NCBI GenBank assembly: GCA_964016885.1 | Contig: OZ024764.1 | Location: 27,900,001 to 27,964,000, forward strand | Length of the DNA stretch: 64,000 nucleotides | Reading direction: 5' to 3' | Source of the DNA: Eledone cirrhosa | Taxonomy: Eukaryota | Notes under the pieces: model-generated | Databases searched by the model: none | What the model saw: the letters and a program-made list of their open reading frames with translations, nothing else | What the model was told of the DNA's origin: nothing | Program-made: the position numbers and the translations under genes | Shown here: piece after piece, positions 24,035-35,898 of the stretch | Layout: each line of letters begins with the position of its first letter | Numbering within the stretch: position 1 is the stretch's first letter

Positions 24035-24208
24035 GTCTGAGGATGGAGTCCCACGAGGTTGGATGCCTGTTGCAGCAGGTGTCACTGTCCTTACATATAT
24101 ATACGTAAATGTTCCCTTGACTGCTATTTCTAGCATATATTAATAGACACTTTAGAAACAGCAGCTAAAAATCAAGAAACAACAGTGTGTGTCTGTATAT
24201 ATATACAC

Positions 24209-24253
<45 letters not shown>

Positions 24254-24337
24254 AGCCAAAGACACGCACACACGAACATACACATACACACAGGTGTATG
24301 TCTGCGTGTATGTATATATATGTGTGTGTCTTTTCGT

Positions 24338-24402
<65 letters not shown>

Positions 24403-24651
24403 GTCAGTGATCCCCCTCGCAACCTTTAATTAAACAAACCTGCGATGAGGCGATGATCAAAATAAACACCAAAGTATAAACAAACAGCCCATAGGTGCTG
24501 CCGGATACACGATAACATGTGTAGACGAAGTAAAACTTTTATTACTGTAATATAAAGTAGAAACCCTATATTTAAACAAAGCTGCGATGCAGCGATGATC
24601 AAAACAAACTTCAAATAACATGTGTATACGAAGTGTATCTGGAAGCTTGGT

Positions 24652-25019
24652 CGTATTATATGACTTTCAAATTGACCCCTATTATATTCAAATTATCCCC
24701 TGTGGGGCGTGCACCCCACGTTGAGAATCCCTCATAAATAAAAATATGTGAGTGTGTTGCTATGACTGCTATTTCTAGCAGGTTTACTGCAGTCCTGTAG
24801 ACGCACAACAAAAACCGGAAGTGGCAGCCATTAAAAAACTTTGGCTTAAAATCAGCCAAAAGATTTTCAATAATAGTAAAATTTTATTTTTGACAAGGAC
24901 GATAACTTTTGTCTTACTTAATCGCAAAAATCGAGGCAAAAATTTTGCGGGTGTGCAGTTTACACGCTAAAATAAACCTGCTAGAAATAGCAGTTATAGC
25001 AACTCACATATATTTATAT

Positions 25020-25053
<34 letters not shown>

Positions 25054-25412
25054 CCAAACACACACCCTTATATATGTACGTGTGTGTGTGTTGACCGCTA
25101 TATATATATATAGCAGCCAAACACATACACAGACACACATATATATATATACATGTGTGTGTATATGTGTGTGTCCTCCTCTCGTCTATGGCTGTTATTT
25201 TTACATTGTCCTTTTTGTTATTTTCCTCGGGATTTGCCCGGATTCGAACATGCGACCACCTATTTACAATATAGAATCTTTACAGCTTTACTGACTTTTA
25301 AGTAATCCAAGTTGTAACCCCGGATTTAGTAGTGTTTAATTTATTTTGAAGTATTTTATTATTGGCCTTAGTTAGACGATCGTCCAAGACCATGCTGGGG
25401 CATATATATATA

Positions 25413-25468
<56 letters not shown>

Positions 25469-25962
25469 CTAGGGCATATATATATATGTGTGTGTGTGTA
25501 TATATATATATATGTGTGTGTGTCCTTTCTGTTATTCGCTGCTATTTCTAAAGTGTCAATATATATATCATATATATATATATATGATATATAAATATAT
25601 GTAAGTGAGTTGCTATGACTGCTATTTCTAGCAGGTTTATTTTTAGCGTGTAAACTGCACACCCTCAAAATTTTTGCCTCGATTTTTGCGATTAAGTAAG
25701 ACAAAAGTTATCGTCCTTGTCAAAAATAAAATTTTACTATTATTGAAAATCTTTTGGCTGATTTTAAGCCAAAGTTTTTTAATGGCTGCCACTTCCGGTT
25801 TTTGTTGTGCGTCTACAGGACTGCAGTAAACCTGCTAGAAATAGCAGTCATAGCAACACACTCACATATATTTATTTATGAGGGATTCTCAACGTGGGGT
25901 GCACGCCCCACAGCGGATAATTTGAATATAATAGGGGTCAATTTGAAAGTCATATAATACGA
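24652..25962. repeat. Inverted repeat, arms ~24652-25020 and ~25595-25962, microsatellite-rich spacer of ~575 bp
   Basis: Mirror ORFs 24656-24859(-) / 25754-25957(+) and 24909(+) / 25704(-). Confidence 0.92.
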
Positions 25963-27738
25963 CCCAACTCCCTGTTACACTTCGTATACACATGTTATCG
26001 TGTATCTGGCAGCACCTGCGAGAAGTTTGTTTACATTTTGGGGTTTGCTTTGATGATCGCTGCATCGCAGCTTTGTTTAAATAAAGGGTTTCTACTTTAT
26101 ATTACAGTAATAACACTTTTACAAGACTCGGATTGTTTTTATATTAAAGGGGACATGTTTTTTAAACTCTGAACTCAGCATCTTTCTGTTGTTCTCCGGG
26201 ATTCTAGCAAAGTATAAAAATATATATATATATATAGCTGGCAGTCAACCTCAGACTCGAAAAAGCCGCCGCTAATCGTGATCGTTGGGGTTATAATTAG
26301 ACTAAAAGTGCTTCCACTGGGCACCATTAGCTGATTGCGATCATTGGAGAATTCTTTCTGCGCTGAAAGAGCCTAGGACTAAAAGATATATATATAGATG
26401 TCGAAACGGCAGTAGCACAGCCGTTGGGGTCCTGAATATTTTCACATCTATATATGTGTGTGTATTCTGCGACATTTATAATTACATAAGCAAGCATATT
26501 TGAATAACAAAATTTGAGGTTTAAATACTTTATTTTTTACCAATAACATAGAGAAAGGCATGAACAACACCACATGTTAATTACTTTAATATTGAAAGTA
26601 GGGTTATAAAGATTAAAAAAGCAGGTTTTTTAATCTTTCATGGTGGTCTGGTGGGTGATACCAGAGATGGTGGTAGTCCTGGTTTCGGTTTCAATCCCGG
26701 TCATGAGTTACATATAAGGTCTCATTTTTTTTTTTCTTTCTTTCAGTTTTCTTCTTATCTCTAGATATAAATATATATACATAAGGTAATTTGGTAGAAT
26801 TGTTAGAACATCAGATAGAATTCTTTGCAGTATTTTTCCAGTTCTTTACTCTGAGTTCAACTTTACCTTTCTTCCATTCGGTGTCGATAAGTCTTGAATA
26901 TGTCTAACGTAGCAATAATTGGAGCTACTTAACCAAGTTTTCCCAACCTAGTCGATGTCACCTACTGGTTGGCGATTTAAACTGTTGGCTGGGACAATGA
27001 CCAACTAATCAGTCAGATTCGAACTCACTATGTCTGGCATATATTTTATATTTTATATTTGAATGACGTTCTGTAAGTAACCTGGTGGCTTAGATGGCAA
27101 TACTGCTCGAATAGATGGCTTCTATTATGAAGTTATAAGTTCATTCCCTATCCAGGATTGTAGAATTAATTTTATTTAGTTATTATTTAATCAATTGTTT
27201 TAACAAACAAATTATATCTATAAAACGCCAAATATAGTGAGTTCAAATCTGACTGACATGCATGGCATATATTTATGTTTCAATATACAACGACACAATA
27301 CACAGGAACTTATAAAGATATGTATATATTGTCCAGGAGTTTCGAGTTTAGTGGGAATTGGTACAACTCTCAATTGGAGCTAGTTCCTGCAAGATCAGCA
27401 TAAATAATGTTATACCTTTTCATGAAATCTTGCACACCCGATGTTTTATACATGATTATTTAAAGGTGAACAAAAACCAAAGAACATTGTGCAGCATTTC
27501 TCAACCTTTCTACCCATGTCGATCTCTTGAAATAGTTTTTATGTCTCAGGGATGCCCTGCATAAAATATACTTTTTCTATCTCTAGAGCAGTGGTTCCCA
27601 AATCGTGTGCTGCGAGATGAAACAAGATGAGCTGCAAAAGACTAAGATTAAGTTTTAAGATGTGAAAAATATAAAACTGAAATTTCATATAAAAGTTCAA
27701 ATATAGCTACAGCCACAAACCTAGGCTCCACACCCCGC

Positions 27739-27936
27739 AATGCAAAGGATAGTAAGATAGTACCAAGGCCTGACTCACCTCTTCCACTCCATTGAGACCT
27801 CTGCCATACTTGGTCCCTGTACTGCTGATTTCCTCCATAAAGTCGGGAGGAAAGACAACAGGAGCCTCATGAGGAGGGGCGACTATTGTAGCAGGTGTCT
27901 CTGGCCTTGCTCCGAGGTAACGCTTTTACGTTTCTT
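27739..27936 (+). pseudogene. CRE-type endonuclease relic (family A), copy 2; further copies at 30319-30516, 42318-42515 and 44783-44980
   Basis: YQGLTHLFHSIETSAILGPCTADFLHKVGRK / ...QVSLALLRGNAF. Confidence 0.7.
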
Positions 27937-28312
27937 CCACAGGTTGCGGCTGAGGGACCACTTAGACTGGGGTGAAGTGTCTGTCCCTCCCCCGACTTCT
28001 TACTTCTTTTTTTTTCTCATTTTCATTTTCTTTTCTCTTCTTGCTTATCTCTGCTATACCACGGCATCAAAAACATATATGATATGTGTATGTATGGTAT
28101 AGGTGTATTTATATTTAGGATAGTTATCAAAGGTAAATAGACTGGTTGAAGCAATAACAGTCTTGTTTATGTATATACACACATATATATATATATATAT
28201 ATATATCTGTTTGTTCTTGTATTTCCATAGAAAAGGTAAAGAAAAGAAGAATGCTCTATGTATTGTACAGAGCTATTTAATTACATAATAAACAACAGAA
28301 TATAATTATTCC

Positions 28313-28566
28313 ATGCAAATAGACTTAGACTGGAAAACATTCAGACAGAGAAGAATGGATAATGAGCGTCGTAAGAGAAATTGGCCAACAATTAATATTA
28401 ATGGAAATGTAGAAGGATTTCATATTAGTGATATGAATGTTTCGTGTGATCACTGTGGAGCTTTGAAATTTAGAAATGAAAATTGTAACTGTTGTAATAA
28501 AGGAAAGGTTGTGTTGCCACCATTGCAAATATACCCTGAGAGACTGAGAAATCTCTTTGAAAGAGA
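28313..28566 (+). mobile_element. Helitron copy H3, N-terminal zinc-finger region only, truncated by a fold-back hairpin
   Basis: MQIDLDW...CDHCGALKF...RLRNLFER, then reverse-complement sequence. Confidence 0.88.
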
Positions 28567-28585
28567 TTTCTCAGTCTCTCAGGGT

Positions 28586-29297
28586 ATATATTCCCGCCGT
28601 TGAAATAAAAATTTTAATAGAAAAACGGCGGGAATATATGTTACAACCCAATCTATATATATTTAGGTTGTAACATATATTCCCGCCGTTGAAATAAAAA
28701 TTTTAATAGAAAAACGGCGGGAATATATGTTACAGCCCAATCTACATATATTTGGGTTTTAACATATATTCCCGCCGTTGAAATAAACATTTTAATAGAA
28801 AAACGGCGGGAATATATGTTACAACCCAATCTACATATATTTGGGTTGTAACATATATTCCCGCCGTTGAAATAAAAATTTTAATAGAAAAACGGCGGGA
28901 ATATATGTTACAACCCAATCTACATATATTTGGGTTGTAACATATATTCCCGCCGTTGAAATAAAAATTTTAACATAAAAACGGCGGGAATATATATTAC
29001 AACCCAAACATATATAGGTTGGGTTGTAACATATATTCCCGCCGTTTTTCTATTAAAATTTTTATTTCAACGGCGGGAATATATGTTACAACCCCAAAAT
29101 ATGTAGCTTGGATTGTAACATATATTCCCGCCGTTTTTCTATTAAAATTTTTATTTCAACGGCGGGAATATATGTTACAACTCAAATATATATAGATTGG
29201 GTTGTAACATATATTCCCGCCGTTTTTCTATTAAAATTTTTATTTCACCGGCAGGAATATGTTACAACCCAAATATATATATATTGAGTTGTAACAT
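28586..29297. repeat. 89-bp palindromic satellite, 5 units forward then 3 inverted
   Basis: TTCCCGCCGT at 28591, 28680, 28769, 28858, 28947 and 29036. The AT spacer is reverse-complemented from 29036 on. Confidence 0.95.
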
Positions 29298-30756
29298 GGG
29301 TTACATATAAGGTCTCATTTTTTTTCTTTTCTTTCTTTCAGTTTTCTTCTTATCTCTAGATATAAATATATATACATAAGGTAACTTGGTAGAATTGTTA
29401 GAACATCAGATAGAATTCTTTGCAGTATTTTTCCAGTTCTTTACTCTGAGTTCAACTTTACCTTTCTTCCATTCAGTGTCGATAAGTCTTGAATATGTCT
29501 AACGTAGCAATAACTGGAGCTACTTAACCAAGTTTTCCCAACCTAGTCGATGTCACCTACTGGTTGGCGATTTAAACTGTTGGCTGCGACAATGACCAAC
29601 TAATCAGTCAGATTCGAACTCACTATGTCTGGCATATATTTTATATTTTATATTTGAATGAAGTTCTGTAAGTAACCTGGTGGCTTAGATGGCAATACTG
29701 CTCGAATAGATGGCTTCTAGTTCATTCCCTATCCAGGATTGTAGAATTAATTTTATTTAGTTATTATTTAATCAATTGTTTTAACAAACAAATTATATCT
29801 ATAAAACGCCAAATATAGTGAGTTCAAATCTGACTGACATGCATGGTATATATTTATGTTTCATTATACAGCGACACAATACACAGGAACTTATAAAGAT
29901 ATGTATATATTGTCCAGGAGTTTCGAGTTTAGTGGGAATTGGTACAACTCTCAGTTGGAGCTAGTCCCTGCAAGATCAGCATAAATAATGTTATACCTTT
30001 TCATGAAATCTTGCACACCCGATATTTTATACATGATTATTTAAAGGTGAACAAAAACCAAAGAACATTGTGCAGCATTCTCAACCTTTCTACCCATGTC
30101 GATCTCTTGAAATAGTTTTTATGTCTCAGGGAAGCCCTGCATAAAATATACTTTTTCTATCTCTAGAGCAGTGGTTCCCAAATCGTGTGCTGAGAGATGA
30201 AACAAGATGAGCTGCAAAAGACTAAGATTAAGTTTTATGATGTGAAAAATATAAAACTGAAATTTCATATAAAAGTTCAAATATAGCTACAGCCACAAAC
30301 CTAGGCTCCACACCCCGCAATGCAGAGGATAGTAAGATAGTACCAAGGCCTGACTCACCTCTTCCACTCCATTGAGACCTCTGCCATACTTGGTCCCTGT
30401 ACTGCTGATTTCCTCCATAAAGTCGGGAGGAAAGACGACAGGAGCTTCATGAGGAGGGGCGACTATTGTAGCAGGTGTCTCTGGCCTTGCTCTGAGGTAA
30501 CGCTTTTACGTTTCTTCCACAGGTTGCGGCTGAGGGACCACTTAGACTGGGGTGAAGTGTCTGTCCCTCCCCCGACTTCTTACTTCTTTTTTTTTCTCAT
30601 TTTCATTTTCTTTTCTCTTCTTGCTTATCTCTGCTATACCACGGCATCAAAAACATATATGATATATGTATGTATGGTATAGGTGTATTTATATTTAGGA
30701 TAGTTATCAAAGGTAAATAGACTGGTTGGAGCAATAACAGTCTTGTTTATGTATGT

Positions 30757-30803
<47 letters not shown>

Positions 30804-30904
30804 TGTTCTTGTATTTCCATAGAAAAGGTAAAGAAAAGAAGAATGCTCTATGTATTGTACAGAGCTATTTAATTACATAATAAACAACAGAATATAATTA
30901 TTCC

Positions 30905-31664
30905 ATGCAAATAGACTTAGAATGGAAAACATTCAGACAGAGAAGAATGGATAATGAGCGTCGTAAGAGAAATTGGCCAACAATTAATATTAATGGAAAT
31001 GTAGAAGAATTTCATATTAGTGATATGAATGTTTCGTGTGATCACTGTGGAGCTTTGAAATTTAGAAATGAAAATTGTAACTGTTGTAATAAAGGAAAGG
31101 TAGTGTTGCCACCATTGCAAATATACCCTGAGAGACTGAGAAATCTCTTTGAAAGAGGCCAGGAAGCAGTTGATTTCACAGAAACATCTGCAATTAAAAC
31201 TACATTTATTTCACTTCATTTGGTGTTACCACCCGGCAGAGGCCCGTATAGATTTCATATTCAGGGTCAAACATATCAATACACACCCATCTCTGTAACC
31301 TGCAGAAAATACACCACAATATGGCCAGTTATATATTATTGATGGGAACGAAGGTGTGTAGCACAGATTGGAAGTACAACCAAATAATTGTTTCTGGCAC
31401 AAGGCCAGCAATTACTGGTACTTTATTCTATCGACCTCATAAGGATGAAAACAAAGTCAACCTTAGAGGGATTTGAACCCAGAACGTAAAGGGCCATAAC
31501 CCTATGCTGCAAAGCATGGTGTCTGACGCTCTACCGATACTGCCAATCCACTGCCCTAGTCCCAACAAATAATGACTGCTCACCACAAAAAATGGCTATG
31601 ATAAGAGAGGTGTTGCATGAATATAATCCATATGTCGAAGTGTACAATACAATGCATGGCATCA
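30905..31664 (+). mobile_element. Helitron copy H4, left part, interrupted after ...ATGCATGGCATCA
   Basis: Colinear with H2 18336-19095. Confidence 0.9.
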
Positions 31665-32195
31665 CAAATGAATATATATATATATACTACTAAAGTGTAT
31701 GTAAAATTTTAAAATAAATACTTAAATTCAATTTGTATAATTACACATACAATATGTTTTGTTGTAAAACCCTAAATAATGATTTAAGAAATGATGTCAA
31801 TCTCTTTGTACAGAGAAAAACAATTTATATATATGCATCGTGTGCGCGTGTATACTCCATTTAAGACAGCGAAAAACCTAGTACCTCCTTCAAAGAATGC
31901 CAAATAGTTTATGCCTAAGGTGTAACACTAATTAAGTTACTGGTATAGATATTTCAGTTGAACCCTGCTTCAAACATGCATATTATTATTATATATTTTC
32001 AAACACACTTACATACATTATATTTATACACATAGAAATGTTAAAACTAAAGTATAATGATATAACAACAGTATATAATAGTTTTCTTCACTTTATTGAG
32101 ATGCAATCGTTTTAAAGAAAAAACATGACAGTATAAGAAATATTTAATATGATAACATAATATTTCAGGTAGGATGGTGGTTTCTCTTTGAACTA

Positions 32196-32361
32196 ATAAT
32201 TGTTTCTACTTTAGGCACAAGGCCAGCAATTAACCAGTACATTACTGGTACTTTATTTGACCCCGTAAGGATGAAAGGCAAAGTTAACCTCGGATCGTAA
32301 AGGGACGTAACTATGCTGGAAAGCATGGCGTCAGACCCTCTACCGATACTGCCAATTCACC
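32196..32361 (-). mobile_element. tRNA-derived SINE, same family as 9495-9663, internally deleted; paralog 46643-46813
   Basis: GGCACAAGGCCAGCAATT...TACTGGTACTTTATT...GACCCCGTAAGGATGAAAGGCAAAGTT.ACCTCGG...CTCTACCGATACTGCCAAT. Confidence 0.8.
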
Positions 32362-32559
32362 ATACAGTATAATTATACAAATATGCATATAGATAGCAAT
32401 ATATATACACTAATATGTATGTACATATTTATACATATATACATATATATAGGGAGAGAGAGAGACACATGTATGTATATATATATACACATGCGTGTAT
32501 GTATGTGTTTATGTACATTCTTCGGTATATATATATGAGTCACGGTTTATTACACATTG

Positions 32560-34282
32560 GAGACACAGAGAGAAAGAGTTGAAACGAGAGGTGAGAGAGT
32601 TGAAACAAGAGAGGAGAGAGTTGAAACGAGAAAAGAGAGAGAGAGTTGAAACGAGAGGAGAGAGAGAGAGAGTTGTAACGAGAGGAGAGAGAGAGAGAGA
32701 GTTGAAACGAGAGGAGAGAGAGTTGAAACGAGGAGAGAGTTGAAACAAGAGGGTGAGGGGAGAGAGGGGAGAGAGTGATGAAACGAGTCGGAGATAGAGT
32801 GTGAAAGAGAGAGAGAGAGGAAGAGAGAGAGAGAGAGGAAGAGAGAGAGAGAGGAAGAGAGAGAGAGAAAGAGAGAGAGAGAGGAAGAGAGAGAGAGGAA
32901 GAGAGAGAGAGGAAGAGAGAGAGAGGAAGAGGGAGAGGGGGGATGAAACAAGAGGGTGAGGGATGAAACAAGAGAGAGAGGGGAGAGAAAGAGAGAGGGG
33001 AGAGAAAGAGAGAGGAGAGAGAAAGAGAGAGAGAGAGAGAGAACGAATTGAAACAAGAGAGAGATGAAACAAGTGAGGGATTAGAGTGTTGAAACAAGAG
33101 AGAGAGGAAGAGAGAGAGAGAGCAAGATGGAACGAGAGAGAGAGAGCGAGATGAAATGAGAGCGAGATGAAACGAGAGAGAGAGAGAATGAGATGAAATG
33201 AGAGAGAGAGAGAGCGAGAGAGAGAGCGAGATGAAACGAGAGAGAGAGAGAGAGAGAGAGAGCGAGATGAAATGAGACAGAGAGAGCGAGATGAAACGAG
33301 AGAGAGAGAGAGAGCGAGATGAAATGAGAGAGTGAGTGCGAGATGAAATGAGAGAGAGTGAGAGCGACATGAAATGAGAGAGAGAGAGCGAGATGAAACG
33401 AGAGAGAGAGAGAGCGAGATGAAATGAGAGAGAGTCAGAGCGAGATGAAATGAGAGAGTGAGAGCGAGATGAAATGAGAGAGAGAGAGCGAGATGAAATG
33501 AGAGAGAGTGAGAGCGAGATGAAATGAGAGAGAGAGAGCGAGATGAAATGAGAGAGAGAGGAAACGAGACTAGAGAGCGAGATGAAACAGGAGAGAGAGA
33601 GCGAGATGAAACAGGAGAGAGAGAGCGAGATGAAACAGGAGAGAGAGATCGAGATGAAACGAGAGGGAGAGAGAGATGAAATGAGAGAGCGAGAGAGAGA
33701 TAGAGGGAGATGAAACGACAGAGAGAGAGACAGATGAAACGAGAGAGAGAAATAGAGATGAAACGAGAGAGAGTGATGAAACGAGAGAGAGGAAGAGAGA
33801 GATGGAACGAGAGAGAGGAAGAGAGAGATGGAACGAGAGAGAGGAAGACAGAGATGAAATGAGAGAGAGGAAGACAGAGATGAAACGAGAGAGAGAGAGA
33901 GCGAGATGAAACGAGAGAGAGAGAGCGCGAGATGAAACTCTGTCATGTAATGTTATGGACATATCTGCCCCTGGGGCTAATAATTGTCATGTAATGTTAT
34001 GGTCATCTCTGCCCCTGTGGTTAATAATTCTGTCATGTAATGTTATGGTCATGTCTGCACCTGTGGCTAATAAATCTGTCATGTAATGTTATGGTCATCT
34101 CTGCCCCTGTGGCTAATAATTCTGTCATGTAATGTTATGGACATCTCTGCCCCTGTGGCTAATAATTCTGACATGTAATGTTATGGACATCTCTGCCCCG
34201 GTGGCTAATAATTCTGACATGTAATGTTATGGACATCTCTGCCCCTGTGGCTAATAATTCTGACATGTAATGTTATGGACAT
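32560..34282 (-). repeat. Single composite-satellite monomer (GA leader + GA block + ~7 inverted 46-mers)
   Basis: Reverse complement of the monomer in 1-7737; 46-mers at ~33940-34282. Confidence 0.95.
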
Positions 34283-34299
34283 TGCTATCTTGTTTCATC

Positions 34300-35898
34300 T
34301 CAAACAGCAAAGTGCAAGAAGAGAAAATTGTCGTGTACAGAACTGTGAATTAAGATTTAGAAGAGGATCAGATATGAGCTGCTCTAATTTACCAACTAGT
34401 AATGATAGCTGTTGTTTTGTGGGGGATTGAGGGCACACCACCTGTACAAAGAGATATTATCATCTTTCCTAAAGACCATCCTCCTCAGAAAATACCACAT
34501 AATGCATGCCACTTGGACCTCATGACCGACCGATAATGGTGAATTTTGGTGGCATAGTGCCATGGAGAGGAATGTAGGACCTGTGTTTGCAATAGACTGA
34601 CAATGCAGGAGTATTACATATACTGTATAGCATATAGAGGAGGATTTAGTGCGATATATAGGGCAGGTAAATTATTTTAGCAGTATTTAGTGGATGCCTA
34701 TATGAAAGTAGAGGGATGCAGGCTTCAATATTTGAGGAACAATCAAGCCCAATTGTGAGTGGATGAGTATAATGGTTTAATGAATTATCTAAACAGATGA
34801 TAACACTGAGCCTTAAAAAATGAAGACAAGATAAGAAACAGAGAAGACATTGACAGAATCGTGTCAGCAGAAATACCTGCATTGGAAGATGATCCAGTAC
34901 TACATGAGCAGGTTTAAAAGTTTATGATCCACAGGCCATGTGGTTCTGGAAACCCTTTTCCCCCATTTATACAAAATGGATTTTTCAAAAAGAACTATCC
35001 AAAAACCTACAGAAGGGAAACATTATTGAACCTAAATGGATACCCAGAGTACAGGAGGTGCAAGACAGGAACTGCAGTGTAAATTGGATGACATTCAGTA
35101 GATAACAGGAATGTTATGCCATTTAATGCCTTTTTGCTTAAGAAATATTGTGCACATATTAATGTTGAAGTTTGCGCTTCTGTAAAAAGTGTCAAGTACC
35201 TCTTTAAATATGTTACATGGGGCATGATTGTACATCTATAGAAGTAACGAATAATGCATTACCTAATGAGGCTCAGAACCAACACAACCATGATGAAATA
35301 AGAACCTATCTTTGTTGCAGGTATGTGTCTCAGCCAGAAGCAGTGTCGTGTCTCTCGGAATTTAAGCTTCATGGTACATCACATACAGTATACAGCCTAG
35401 CCACACACCTGGAGAACAAACAGAGTTTACTTTCAAAGAGGCAATGCTCAGGTTGTGGTAGAAATGCAGGGACCCTTGCTGCCTGGTTCAAGCTAAATGA
35501 ACTTGCTTACACCTTCTGGGATGCCGCCTCACTAACTCCAATTATAAGCAGGATCAATAATAATGCTTCTATGGAATATTTCAATCCAGAACAGATTATG
35601 TAATGGCACAAGATTAGAAGTAGTAGAACTGCATAAACATTTTATCAAAGCTTCTCATATCTATGGTCCTTTGATGGGCAGGTGTGTTTTGATCCCAAGA
35701 CTGAAGTTATCCCCCAGTGGTGCCAACATCCCTTTTACTTTGGAAAGACCCCAGTTTCCATTAAGACTGTCATATGCCATGACAATCAACAAGAACCATG
35801 GTCAAATACATGATAAAGTGGGTCTGTTCCTCCCTGAGCAAGTATTTAACCCTGGACAATTGTATGTTGCTTTTTCAAGAGTTCACAGACAGATGTAA
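34300..35898 (+). mobile_element. Helitron copy H4, right part (Rep motif 3 + helicase C-terminus)
   Basis: Colinear with H2 19093-20690; ORF 35563-35898 is identical in translation to 20355-20690. Confidence 0.92.

Larger units (their letters stand above)
26707..28566 (+). repeat. ~1.9-kb module (SINE remnant + CRE family A relic + Helitron 5' part) repeated at ~29299-31150, ~41294-43193 and ~43748-45570, and partly at 7967-9260
   Basis: Starts TTACATATAAGGTCTCATTTTT. Shared ORFs at 27869, 30449, 42448, 44913 and 8593. Confidence 0.92.
19093..34299 (+). repeat. ~15-kb tandem segmental duplication, unit 1
   Basis: Colinear ORF pairs: 20355/35563, 23707/38659, 25754/40348, 27358/41938, 28313/42940, 30449/44913. 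Offsets 15.2 to 14.4 kb. Confidence 0.93.
31665..34299. other. 2635-bp insertion splitting Helitron H4: AT-rich sequence + SINE + one composite-satellite monomer, flanked by TCA/TCA
   Basis: Uninterrupted site in H1/H2 is GGCA-TCA-AACAGCAAAG. Here GGCA-TCA (31662-31664) ... TCA (34300-34302)-AACAGCAAAG. Confidence 0.8.

Noticed and set aside
27605-27635. GCGAGATGAAAC in the hAT-like fragment matches the satellite subunit core
   Set aside because: Only ~12 bp of similarity with no flanking homology, too little to claim the satellite derives from it.
31665-34299. Insertion as a CACTA or PIF/Harbinger transposon because of the 3-bp duplication
   Set aside because: No terminal inverted repeats or CACT ends, TCA is not the TWA target of PIF/Harbinger, and there is no transposase. 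A repair-type event fits better.
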